From the NCBI RefSeq assembly GCF_006345805.1, contig NC_043002.1, positions 11,842,001 through 11,906,000 on the forward strand: a stretch of DNA of 64,000 bases, read 5' to 3'. Positions 13,340 through 25,888 of the stretch are shown one piece after another. Numbering within the stretch: position 1 is the first letter of the stretch; each line of letters opens with the position of its first letter. This stretch comes from Octopus sinensis (taxonomy: Eukaryota). The translations under genes and the position numbers were made by a program. The notes beneath the pieces were generated by a model. The model was not told the origin of the DNA and did not search any database. It saw only the letters and a list, made by a program, of their open reading frames with translations.

Positions 13340-14590
13340 TGTCCGTGTGTGTATGTGTCTGTGCGCGTGTGTGTATGCGTTTGACTCCTTTCCCCTAGCA
13401 CCGTTTGACAACGCACATTGGTTTGTTGGCGTCCCTTGTAACTTCACAGTTTCGGCCGAGAAACCGATAGAACAAGATACAGAGTCAAAAATAAGGGCTT
13501 TGCTTGAGTCGTTCGACTGAACCTGTTCAAGGCCGTGTCTTCAAATAAGTGTAACAATCAAAGGCTAAAAGACAACTAGACTGAGATGTGCTAAACACCA
13601 TACAACATTATTCTGTTTTCATTCTTACAATTCGACGACAAAACGATGTTCACCATAAGTCTAGTCGTGAACCCTGGTCTCGTTTTATATTTTACTTCCT
13701 ACTCAGTGTATGAACCAAGATGAACTTATCCAGTCCATTCTATTATAGGCACGAGGTATGGAATGTGGTAGTGGTAGCCGTGGTTGGTAGATTGCTAATA
13801 GATTGCATCAATTAAAGTGCACAGTTGGTACTTATTTTATCGACACCAAAAGGATGAAATCAAAATCGACTGAGGATGTAAACCCGGACGAAATGTCTCC
13901 GAGCTTTTAGCCCGGTTTACTAATGGTTTTGCCAGCTGACCACCTTACCAAGCATAAATAATAATTATTTCAAATTTCTGTCACACTGGGAGTGGGGTGG
14001 GGCAGGGCTATGAGTCTATTACATCGACTCCAGTGTTGAAGTGGCACTTATTTCATCGACCCTCGATAGGATGGAAAGCAAAGTCGACGTCTGCAGAACT
14101 TGAACTCAGAACGGGCGAAATAGAGCTAAGCATTTCATCCAGAGCGCTAACGAGTCTGTCAGCTTGCCGCCTTCCAAGCTTAAATAATGATCCTTTCTAC
14201 TAAAGGCATACGGCCACAAATTTGGAGGGAGGGGACTAGTAGATTACATCGACCTCAGTGGGTAACTGGTACTTAATTTATCGACCCCGAAATTATGGAA
14301 AACATAGGCGACCTCGGCGGAATTTGAACTTAGGACCTAACGACGGATGACATATCTGTTTCTTTACTACCCACAAAGGGCTAATCATAGAGGGGAAAAA
14401 CAAGGACAGACAGATTAAGTCGATTACATCGACCCCAGTGCGTAACTGGTACTTAATTTATCGACCCCGAAAGGATGAAAGGCAAAGTCGACCTCGGCGG
14501 AATTTGAACTCAGAACCTAACCACGGGTGAAATATCGCTAAGCATTTCATTTAACGTGATAACAAGTTTGCCTGTTCGTCACCTTCCAAG
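12808..14590 (-). mobile_element. Cluster of SINE B copies (12808-13170, ~13740-13950, ~14000-14180, 14190-14590) plus a degenerate SINE A 3' half (~13370-13560, plus strand)
   Basis: Homology to the other copies in the window. Confidence 0.75.
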
Positions 14591-16049
14591 CTTAAATATG
14601 AAAAAAAAGAAAAGAAAAGAGAAATATTTTCCATGGCTCGTGTCACGATTTGAAATCACAATACGCTGATCGGGGCTCAAGCGAATTATCACAGTACCAA
14701 ACTAGAGATTTATTAGCTAACGTTCAAATGAAAATATGGTGTGTGGCTTTTACAGTTTTTCTTTGCAGATAAACGGTATTTCAGCACGGTTGTCTTAGTT
14801 AATGTCTAACTGTAGATTTTGATTTCAAGTACTTTGGAGGTTTTCTCGCTTAGAAAATATTTCGAAGATAATATAACAAACATCAATAGATGTATACACG
14901 CGCATATGTATTTATACACACAAGGACGCAAGTACATATATATGTATATATGTGTGTGTGTTTGTGCATGTGTTTGGTGGTGTTATTGTCTGTATGTTTA
15001 TGTTTATGTGTGCGTGTCTAAATAGTTTATTGATACTTCCGTAGATTCGGTCTTTAGGATGACAACAAGATAAGAGCAACTGCCATGGTTACTAAGTTCC
15101 AAGCAAATGCTTATAACGCTGTCATCTGTTAATATTCCACTTTTGCGAAGACGTGCAGTGTTAGCAGGAATTGAATTACTTATCAAAGGAAACGATCGTA
15201 ATATCTCGATATAATGTAACAACAACAACAATAACTACGACAACAACAGCAACAACAACAACAAACGTAAAAAGAATTAGAAAATCAACGAGAGATGTAG
15301 ATATAAGCAAATGACAAAAGACTCCACTTAAGTCTAACCAAAACAAGAAAAGGACACGTGCAATAACAACAAAACAACCGGTCTTCTAATGAAACCGGTA
15401 AGAATATAATAGAAAACACTAAGGCTTTCTTTTATTCAAAAGCTATTTTAAAAGATAGACGTTATCTGCTAAGAAGGAACTGAAAGCAAACCAAAAATTG
15501 AAGATTTCTGTAATCTTTTGCGTCTGATGGCTTCTAATCATTCTCAAAGATTTATCTCTTTTCAAGCGCCCACTTGGTTCAAATAGTAAGGTTTTTGTTT
15601 TCTTTTTGCTTATTTCTTAAGTAAAATTTAGTGCAAACATTTATATTGAGGCTGGACAATGGGGAGTGGTTTATTTTTCATCAATTTCTTTCTGTCTTTA
15701 TTCGTGTGTTCTATTATTTTATTATATTTTTATACTCTTTTATTCTGTGGCTTAAATTGAAATGAAAAGAAAACAAAACTACACATAAGCCCTCGTGAAA
15801 TCTAAAGACGTACTTCTGAAGCGTTTTTAAAACTTTAGATTAAAACATATACATTACGAACTCTGCATCGCACACAAACATATACAGGTGTGCAAATGCG
15901 CACAAACTTTCACACATACTCATGCTTACACACTAACATATACAGACTCAAATACACAAGCTCACATACACACATCCATACAGAGTGATTTAGCTTGCAC
16001 ATAACGATACTAAGAACCAATTGTTGCAAACCAGTTTTACTTATTCATT

Positions 16050-16335
16050 TAAGGCGGCGAGCTGGCAGAATCGTTAGCACGCCGGGCGAAATGCATAGCC
16101 GTATTTCGTCTGTAGCTACGTTCTGAGTTCAAATTCCGCCGAGGTCGACTTTGCCTTTCATCCTTTCGGGGGTCGATAAATTAAGTACCAGTTACGCACT
16201 GGGGTCGATGTAATCGACTTAATCCGTTTGTCTGTCCTTGTTTGTTCCCTCTGTATTTAGCCCCTTGTGGGTAGTAAAGAAATAGGTATTTCGTCTGCCG
16301 CTACGTTCTGAGTTCAAATTCCACCGAGGTCGGCA
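16050..16335 (+). mobile_element. SINE family B copy with a partial second unit
   Basis: Consensus-like head and body. Confidence 0.85.
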
Positions 16336-16504
16336 AAAGACCAACTTATCAAGATACCTCAATTTCAGTACCTAATTGAACGGAATCTTAATTATATATA
16401 TGAGTCATTAGTCTCTATGTAAAGAGACTTTGCTGGTAGAATATAAACATGGGTTCCCCGTTGCATTTCCAATAATTTCCTTTGCCTAAAAGCAAATCGT
16501 AGCG

Positions 16505-18516
16505 AGTAGACTTAGAGATATATTTGAGGTGCTTAGGAGCGGCATCCTATCAGACAAGCTCACTGCGAGATTGCGCCTCGACCATTTCCTCGATGCAAAG
16601 CACGTAGGCTACATTGTCAAAGCCATGGTACATGCTCTAAGACACGAAGCGGCGAAAGCTGCTCGATGGTCCCATGTGGTGGTAGAGGTTCAACGTGACA
16701 ACAATACCACAATTCGGTTTATGGCAGACCATTACAGGCACATGATACACGACTCCAAGCAGGTGTGAACGGTATTCAGCAGCATATCGCTTGACTCTTC
16801 GTGACGAAAGGTGGGCCGGAAGCGAATTATATCCCACGAGAGTTCCGGACCCCAGTTATGAACTCATTTGCATACAGCCAATCAGAGCTCAACTATCAAA
16901 CTAATTTATGAGTGCATAACAAGTGATGGGCGGGAAGATAAGGTCACTTGGTTAAGGAATGGCCATGCTTATTTTCTCTGTATAGCTATTTGTGTTGTTG
17001 TTTACAGTAAGGGGAGAGGGGTTGCCAGCACATCACCCTCTACCCACATTTTTTCCACCCACATCTTTACCATATGGGGTCCTAACAAGATCCGATAATA
17101 GGTATAGATGAAAATCCTTCTAATTACTTGTCTCCTTCTGAAATCAGGCCAACTTGGCGATCGGTCGACTTACAACACCGTTCTTCGTCTTGAGTTTACT
17201 TGGTAGGGTGTGATTATTAACTTGACAACAAGATGAAGGTGAGCTCTGATTGGCTGTACGTAAATGAGTTCATTAGTAGGGTCCGGAACTCTCGTGGCCA
17301 AAAACTTTGGGTCGGAATGCAGCATTGATTTTTCAGCTCGTCACATCTTTCGGTAAGTGAGGCAGTGTGTTACGAAAAGGCGATAACAACCGCAGAAATT
17401 TGGGAAGCGATGTTTGACTGCATGGAGCGTAAATCACCTGATTTGAGTGCTCTACATTTTGAGCTTTATATTTTTATGCTAGATCTGCTCAGGTACCTCC
17501 TGATAGATACCTACTTCAATAGAATGGGAGTATTTTCCTTTCTGTGTCAAGTTATCCAAGCAAAGGGGATCCCATTGATAATCTCAGGCCCATAACTCCT
17601 TACTTTGTAGATTTTAGGTCTTAGCATAGAGTCTGGTTCTTGGCATTGATGGGTTAACTCGTGTTGCACAAAATGCGCCATCCCGAACAGTCCCCGTCTC
17701 GTGCGATACATCGAAGCGAGGGTGAGTCAAGAATCTGGTATGGGTGTGTCTTTGATCAATTTAGATGAATCAAAGCCTTTCGATAGAATCGAACTCTAAT
17801 ACTGGACCAGTTTCAAGACCGTCTTTCATAGCTGAAATACAGCGACACTAGCCCAGGGGTGAGAATGGGTGGTCACGTATCGGGACCATTCAGTGTCATA
17901 CACTTGGTGCGTCAAAGCTGATCCCCTCCCTGACATCTCTTCTGTATGCATTTTTTCTTGAGTCACTGCTATGGAAACGAGAGCCCTTCAGGTGCATCCC
18001 GTGCGAATCCGATGTGGGAGAACCGTTTTGGCAAACGCTATCGTTGTCATTGTCATAACATTGGATATCACTCAAAGGTGATGGGCATTGTCCTAAGTGA
18101 CTACGAGAAGATGGCAGGAGTAAAAATTGATCAAGGAAAGTTTGATCCTGCATTTTAGAACCTGGAAAGTCAAGCACATACCGTCTTACATCGTCATGAA
18201 ACGGTCGCTGGATGGACCGGTTAAATTGCTCAGAACTTGTTTGTCCGGATCTCAAAATGGAGAACAACTGTAGCCTGGTGATGAGTAAGGTGGCTAATCT
18301 CACCCAAAAATGGGCCGAGAGAAAGCTATCCTCGTGGAGTCAGACAGAGGTGGCGAACACTTAATTTTCCCCGTTACATATTACCGCCTCACCACCGTGT
18401 CTTGCAGTATTGTTTAACCAGATTGGCGCGCCTGTTCATCCGCTTTCTGAAGGAGGGTGCATTTCGCCGGTCAGTGCTATGCTTCTCAACGCTCGCAGAG
18501 AGGATCGTTGTGCATG
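16505..18516 (+). pseudogene. Decayed L1/Tx1-clade LINE ORF2 fragment (pre-RT and RT regions), interrupted by a MITE
   Basis: Frameshifted peptides IQQHIA*LFVTKGGPE, CYEKAITTAEIWEAM...RKSPDLSALHFELY, LDESKPFDRIE (17761; matches the LDxxKAFDRV RT motif), LSDYEKMAGVKID and PDLKMENN...KWAERKLS...EVANT...YRLTTV. Confidence 0.75.
16834..17297. mobile_element. MITE with 58-bp TIRs inserted in the L1 fragment
   Basis: 16834-16891 (CCACGAGAGTTCCGGACCCC...CAGCCAATCAGAGCTCA) is the reverse complement of 17240-17297 with a few mismatches. L1-like peptides continue on both sides. No clear TSD. Confidence 0.8.
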
Positions 18517-19205
18517 CGAGCTGGCAGAAACGTTAGTACGCCGGGCGAAATGCGTAGCCGTATTTCGTCTGCCGTTACTTTCTGAGTTCAAATTCCACCG
18601 AGGTCGACTTTGCCTTTCATCCTTTCGGAGACGATAAATTAAGTACCAGTTACGCACAGGGGTCGATATAATTGACTTAATCCGTTTGTCTATCCTTGTT
18701 TGTCCTCTCTATGTTTAGCCCCTTGTGGGTAGTAAAGAAATAGGTATTTCGTCTGCAATTACGTTCTGAGTTCAAATATATGGCGTTAAGGCGACGAGCT
18801 GGCAGAAACGTTAGCGCAGCGGGCGAAAGGCGTAGCCGTATATCGTCTGCCGTTACGTTCTGATTTCAAATTCAGCCAAGATCGACTTTGCCTTTCATCC
18901 TTTCGGAGGTCAATAAATTAAGTACCAGTTACGCACTGAGGTCGATATAATCGACCTAATCCATTTGTCTGTCCTTGTTTGTCCTCTCTGTGTTTAGCTC
19001 CTTGTGGGTAGTAAAGAAGTAGGTATTTCGTCTGCAATTACGTTCTGAGTTCAAATTCCGCCGGAGTCGACTTTGCCTTTCATCTTTTCGGGGTCGATAA
19101 ATTAAGTACCAGTTACGCACTGGGGTCGATATAATCGACTTAATCCGTTTGTCTATCCTTGTTTGTCCTCTCTGTGTTTAGCCCCTTGTGGGTAATAAAG
19201 AAATA
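18516..19205 (+). mobile_element. SINE family B concatemers (two heads, several units)
   Basis: Heads at ~18516 and ~18788, each followed by repeated units. Confidence 0.85.
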
Positions 19206-19399
19206 GGTTGTGCTTGACACTACGATTTCTCCTGCGTTTACATGTCGGTGATCAGTTGTGGGTGTCCGTTATTCACGCTTACTTTTCTGCAGCTCATATC
19301 CTGGACTGAGAACAAGAAATCTTACGTTGAGACATCGTGGTCACACATTATATAATGATGTTACATCTAAAGCTCTCCTTTGCATATAAGTGTAGATAT

Positions 19400-19788
19400 C
19401 CTTTCACATCCTCTTTCAAACATTTGCTACACACACACACACACATGCAAACACGCATACACAGACAAACGCGTATATACGCATTTGTATGACTATACAG
19501 GTATGAAGACGTACAAGTGTTGAGGTATATACATTTACATTTGTGTGTGTGTATATGTATATTATGCATGTATCTGTGTAAATACACTCGTCTATCCATA
19601 ATAACGTTAGGTGTACATATTATAGAAATGTAAGTATGCACATATGTATGTGTAATATATATGTGTGTGTGCTGTATATACACACATATTATATGGACAT
19701 ACATATATACATACATATATATACACACATATGTACATATATATATATACATTTATACACACACATATATATATATACATACACACAC

Positions 19789-19826
<38 letters not shown>

Positions 19827-20045
19827 TTGTGTGAGAGTGCGTATCCATTATATATACATATATATATGTATATATATATACATATATGTATATATATATA
19901 CATATATGTATATACACGCATATATTATATATATATTATATATATAATATATATACAAATATGTATACACACACACACATATATATATATATAATATAAT
20001 ATATATACATATATGTATATATATATATACATATATGTATATACA

Positions 20046-20088
<43 letters not shown>

Positions 20089-20939
20089 CAAATATGTATA
20101 CACACACACACATATATATATATATATACATACGTGCATATATATGTAATGTGTATATATTTACCATATATATATATATGTGCGTGAGCGTATGTACCCA
20201 TTATATTAAGTATATACACACATATATATACATACACACAGATATATATATATACATAATGTATATATATGTATGTATAGATATATATGTATGTTTGTGT
20301 GTATGTGTATGCATCCGTTATGATTCTATCGTTTTGTAAAAATATAGATCTGAGCGTACGAATGAATCTATATATGTGTGCATGTTTAAGTTTTAAATAT
20401 TTCTCTTTCAAAGACCGTTTATTAAAACTTCTTCATTAAGCGGATAAAGTAATGCTAGCTATTAGCAGATTTCTTTAATTTCCACTATCAAAATAAATTG
20501 TATTTCTTGTGATTTCGTGAAGTTGTTTTCCCTCTTCATTTTTCTAATTCTTGCTTTGGTTTGGTTTTGCTTGTTTCATTTGCAGATTACGTATTTACAC
20601 ATCAGTTTTTTTGTTTAATTAATTTTTTCTCTGTTTTATTTGCTTCTATTTATTAAAGTGTTAGCGATAGATTCTGGTTGCGTAAAAAATGTGTGCTACG
20701 CTATAGAAAGGGGATGGGAGGAGAATTTGTGAGATACAGTGAGAGAGAGAGAGAGAGAGGGAGAGAGAGAGAGAGAGAGGGAGAGAGAGAGAGAGAAGAG
20801 AGAGAGAGAAAGGTTCAAACATGTTATTGGCAGGTTCACACACAGACACAAACACACACACACACAGGTACACACATACAAAGCATCAAAACGCTGTTGG
20901 CACGCGCACACATAGAAATGACAATTTGGTATGTGCGTT

Positions 20940-20986
<47 letters not shown>

Positions 20987-21040
20987 CAGAGACAGAGAGG
21001 GAAGGTTATATTTATCATATATATATATATATATATATAG
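19400..21040. repeat. (TA)/(CA)/(GA)/(TG) microsatellite-rich region
   Basis: Directly visible, including a ~120-bp higher-order duplication at ~19880-20130. Confidence 0.9.
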
Positions 21041-21208
21041 CAACGAATTGCCTTACCACATACCGACTTTAGAAATAGCAGTCAAAGAGTTATAGCTATT
21101 TCTTCTACTAAAAAGGGAGATCTCAGTAAAAACAGTAATTGGAAGGCAGACACAAACAGGTAAGAGAGAATGAATTGACGGCAATCTCTATCATACAATT
21201 TTAAGTTA

Positions 21209-21308
21209 TCTACGGACGTACGTTTCGAAATCAAGTTTTTAGGAAAGCATAAGAATTAAATATTAAATAATTCTACCTTACCAAAACTTCTTTTCTCTTC
21301 AGCGTAGA
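21209..21308 (-). ncRNA. Type I hammerhead ribozyme motif, intact core, long helix II, palindromic helix III
   Basis: TCTACG-CTGAAGA-GAAAAGAAGTTTT...AAAACTTGATTTC-GAAAC-GTAC-GTC-CGTAGA. Stem I is a perfect 6 bp, helix III is the ACGTACGT palindrome and the triplet is GUC. Confidence 0.8.
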
Positions 21309-21509
21309 ATACTATAATCATAAATGATTATATATTGAATTTTGAGATACTAGAAGGCAACCAACTCAACTCAGTATCAGAGCGAGCTAGAATCCGCAAC
21401 TAGTATCACCAAATTCAATGCGTGAATGAAAAGATTGTGTCACCAGCCCCTTCCCACCCGCGTGTAGCCAAAACAAGATGCTGTGGTCATCTACTGAGAT
21501 AAAATATGG

Positions 21510-21650
21510 TATCCGTAATAATGAAGGATGAAATTAATTAATTTGGAATAATTATCAATTACACCAAGTAGTCTTTTACATGCCGAAGACTACTTGGTGT
21601 AATTGATAATTATTCCAATTAATTAATTTCACCCTTCATTATTACGGATA
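21510..21650. repeat. Fold-back palindrome (66/65-bp arms, 10-nt spacer)
   Basis: 21510-21575 versus 21586-21650 differ by 1 substitution and 1 indel. The palindrome abuts (TA)n. Confidence 0.9.
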
Positions 21651-21652
21651 AC

Positions 21653-21684
<32 letters not shown>

Positions 21685-22170
21685 ATATAATATACGAAGA
21701 AATGAGGTACTCAAAAAATCGGATGGTTTATTTACTGATATTTATTTGTATATTACTTTTTTTATACATCATTTAACTTAGATCATGTATTAGCGCTTTC
21801 TCCCATTCTAGTGGGGTTTTCAAATCAAACTAAGTTCCTGTGTGAAAAGTTTTGACCATTTTATAGTGTTATTGAGTTTGTAGTGGTGGGGAGGGATGTA
21901 AGACAGTACAAGAGGGTGATGGATGAGGAGAAAGTGAGAGAGAGAGCATGTGTGTGTGTGTGTGTGCGTGTGTGTGTTTTTGTATTTGGAATGAGTGCTA
22001 AAGAAAAAGAGGGGAAGGGAGAGGGAAGAAGAAGAAAATAATTTTTTTGCTCTGCTGAGCACGCCATTAGCGCGCATATGTGCGTGTGTGTATGTATAGG
22101 CATGCACACAAACATACATAGATACATACATACACATGAATACATGCATATAAATATACATATATATATA

Positions 22171-22565
22171 CTCTTTTACTCTTTTACTTGTTTCAGTCAT
22201 TTGACTGCGGCCATGCTGGAGCACCGCCTTTAATCGAGCAACTCGACCCCGGGACTTATTCTTTTGTAAGCCCAGTACTTATTCTATCGGTCTCTTTTTG
22301 CCGAACCGCTAAGTAACGGGGACATAAACACACCAGCATCGGTTGTCAAGCAATGCTAGGGGGACAAACACAGACACACAAACACACACGCATATATATA
22401 TATACATATATACGACAGGCTTTTTTCAGTTTCCGTCTACCAAATCCACTCACAAGGCTTTGGTCGGCCCGAGGCTATAGTAGAAGACACTTGCCCGAGG
22501 TGCCACGCAGTGGGGCTGAACCCGGAACCATGTGGTTGGTAAACAAGCTACTTACCACACAGCCA
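22171..22565 (-). mobile_element. SINE family A, near-consensus
   Basis: Full body and (GTAAAAGA)n tail. Confidence 0.9.
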
Positions 22566-23020
22566 TATATTTCGTGTGTGCGTGTAGCTTTCAATGAAAC
22601 ATTTAATAAGTCGTATCGATCTTCAATACTTGGTGATTTTCTAAGTTAACCGTGGACTATACAGGGGGACATTCAGAATGCTATAAATATCCCACGCTCA
22701 GAAGAATATTAGTTGATATCACTGACTGCATGACAAAATATAAAAACTGGAATGGCAATCAGTTGGATTTATATATGTTTTTCCAAATATTGGCACAAAG
22801 TCAGAAATTTTGATGGGGAGGTGCAAGTCGATTGGCTCAACCTCAGGTACCTGACTGGTTGTTATTTTATCGCCCCTGATTAATGAAAGCAAAAATCAAT
22901 ATTAGTTGAATTTGAAATCAGAACGTAAAGAGCTACTAGAAATGTCCCTAGACATTTTGTTCGACGCGATAATGATGCCACCTGCATACCATCCTTAGTG
23001 GCATTATAATATATGGCGTT

Positions 23021-23815
23021 AAGGCGACGAGCTGGCAGAATCGTTAGCACGCCGGGCGAAATGTATAGCCGTATTTCATCTGCCGTTACGTTCTGGGTTC
23101 AAATTTCGCCGAGGTCCACTTTGCCTTTCATCCTTTCGGGGGGTCGATAAATTAAGTACCAGTTACGCACTGAGGTCGATGTAATCGACTTAATCCGTTT
23201 GTCTGTCCTTGTTTGTCCCCTCCGTGTTTAGCCCCTTGTGGGTAATAAAGAAATAGGTATTTCGTTTCCCGTTACGCTCTGAGTTCGAATTCCGCCGAGG
23301 TCGACTTAGCCTTTCATCCTTTCGGGTTCGATTAAATAAGTACCAGTTATGCACTGGGGTCGATGTAATCAGCTTAATCCGTTTGTCTGTCCTTGTTTGT
23401 CCCCTCTGTGTTTAGCCCCTTGTGGGTAATAAAGAAATAGGTATTTCGTCTGCCGTTACGTTCTCAGTTCAAATTCCGCCGGGGCGACTTTGCCTTTCAT
23501 CCTTTCGAGAGTCAATAAATTAAGTACCAGTTATGCACTGAGGTCGATGTAATCGACTTAATCCGTTTGTTTGTCCTTCCTTGTTTGTCCCCTCTGTGTT
23601 TAGCCCCTTGTGGGTAATAAAGAAATAGGTATTTCGTCTGCCGTTACGTTCTGAGTTCAAATTCCGCGAGGTCGACTTTACCTTTCATCCTTTCGGGCTC
23701 AATTAAATAAGTACCAGTTATGCACTGGGGTCGATGTAATCGACTTAGTCCTTTTTCTGTCAATGTTTGTCCCCTCTATGTTTAGCTCCTTGTAGGCAAT
23801 AAAGAATTAGATTAA
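23021..23815 (+). mobile_element. SINE family B concatemer: head plus four units, flanked by an 18-bp direct repeat
   Basis: ATTATAATATATGGCGTT occurs at 23003-23020 and 23816-23833. Confidence 0.85.
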
Positions 23816-23827
23816 ATTATAATATAT

Positions 23828-24150
23828 GGCGTTCCTTCGTTTTAACTCGACAAAACGATAACAAGACCTCGGTTGTTTCCGTGACAACTCGACAATTCAC
23901 TTCGGATATCTTCGTGACCTTGGTGACAGTGTATGTGTTCTGTTTTTATGTATTCATGTGTTGTGGAATATAGATATAGCGAAATTATACCAGCAAAAAG
24001 CCTTGCGTGTTTGTTCTTACCTGCTTCAAGTGTGTATGTGAAATACGCAAATTTCGGATTTCACAAAGACATCCGAAGTGAATTGTTGAGTTGACACGGA
24101 AATAATCGAAGTCTTGTAATCGTTTTGTCGAGTTAAAACGAAGGAACGCC
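23828..24150. mobile_element. MITE with ~90-bp TIRs
   Basis: 23828-23917 (GGCGTTCCTTCGTTTTAACTCGACAAAACGAT...) is inverted at 24061-24150. The AT-rich flanks are also inverted. Confidence 0.85.
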
Positions 24151-24166
24151 CAATATATTATAATGT

Positions 24167-24860
24167 CGTTGAGCTGGCAGAATCGTTAGCACGCTGGACG
24201 AAACGCTTAGTGGTATATCGCCCGTCGCTACTTTCTGAGTTCAAATTCCGCCGAGCTCGACTTTGCCTTTCATCCTTTCGGTATTGATAAATATGTTGCA
24301 GCGAAACACTGGGGTCGATGTAATCGACTAGCCCTCGTTACCAAATTTCAGGCCTCGTGCCTATGGTAGAAAAGATTTTAATAACTTATAAATTTACCTG
24401 TCATATTACGTTAACATTAGTAGTTTACGTTTGCCACTATGGATAATTTGATGGAAGTTACGTGTTAATTATTGTATGAAAGCCACATCTCCTGATGTTA
24501 CCCGTAATGACAAAAGTGTACAAATGCTATTGTGATGAATGAAATGATACAATGATATAGAAAAGATTGTTATAAATACTAAAATTGACCAATACTTTAA
24601 TGATTAAAGCAAAGTAAATCCTAACAACCTTGCATAGAGAAGAGAAAACTAAGGAAAATATTGGCTACAAATTTCGGCAAAAGGCCATCAGTTTTCGTGG
24701 GGAGGATCTAAGCCAACCGAATCGACCCGTTTTTTTTGTTTTGTGGTTGTTTCATTGACCTCGAAAGAGATGAAAGACAAAGTCAACCTCAGCGAAATGT
24801 GTGCTCAGAACATGAAGTTGGACGAAATGCCGCTAACAATTCTGGCAATTCATCGCCTTT
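24167..24860. mobile_element. Two SINE B monomers (24167-24375 plus; ~24665-24860 minus, degenerate)
   Basis: Head, B box and the GGCCTCGTGCCTATGGTAGAAAAG end. Confidence 0.75.
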
Positions 24861-25740
24861 TCCAAGGAAAATATGCATGAGAATAAGGTTTCACTATTTT
24901 GGAGCTATTTTCGTGTACATTTAACTACTTTGTTATTTATTCCTTCAAAAAAATTCTCTCACTGAGTTTGAAGTATTCGTTCACTCATTGCCCGTAACCA
25001 AACCAGATATGAGAACTCCTTGTACATCACTTATGTTAACTCCCTCTGTACTTCTTTTGTGGTACATCCCCCTGTTCCTCTCTCTATACCATATATAGAG
25101 AAACCACGCAACCGACATTTATATGGGCTAAACTTTATAAAGATGAAAAAGAAGATGAGTGGTGAGTTGGCTGGGGGGAGGCAGAGAAAAGTAATCTGAA
25201 GAATAGATGCAAGCTGTAGAAAGACGAAGAGGATAGAATTATGTCGTTACATCCTGGTTGATGTCTGTTAAGCAATTTTAGCTCCATGGATTGCTCGGAT
25301 AAGAGAGGCAAAAAAATCTTAAACGTAAATCTCCAAATCTTTTCAGAAGCATTTGTATATTTATATATTTGTTTATGAGAAAAATGAAAAAATAAACTAA
25401 TTAAAATAATTAATAAAGATACATAAATAAATGCTTGCAAAAGAAATAAGGAGATAAAAAGTATAAATACATTATTAATTTTTATTTTCTTTATTGGTAA
25501 TGTAATGGAGGAAAAGAAGCAAAAATGATGCAAGTATATAAAATTGAGAGAAAAAATGTTTAAAGGATATTGCGTAAAGCATTCGACTTAAAATTCTAAT
25601 TGGAAGGTATAAGCTCAGTGAAATTCAATAAGCTACAATTGGTTTAAGAGAATTTAATCTTTTTGGAGCTTATATCTTTAGCAATCAGAAGTGCAACACC
25701 GAAAAGAAAAACTTATGTATAGATGTATGTATGTATATAT

Positions 25741-25778
<38 letters not shown>

Positions 25779-25788
25779 CGTATATATG

Positions 25789-25888
<100 letters not shown>

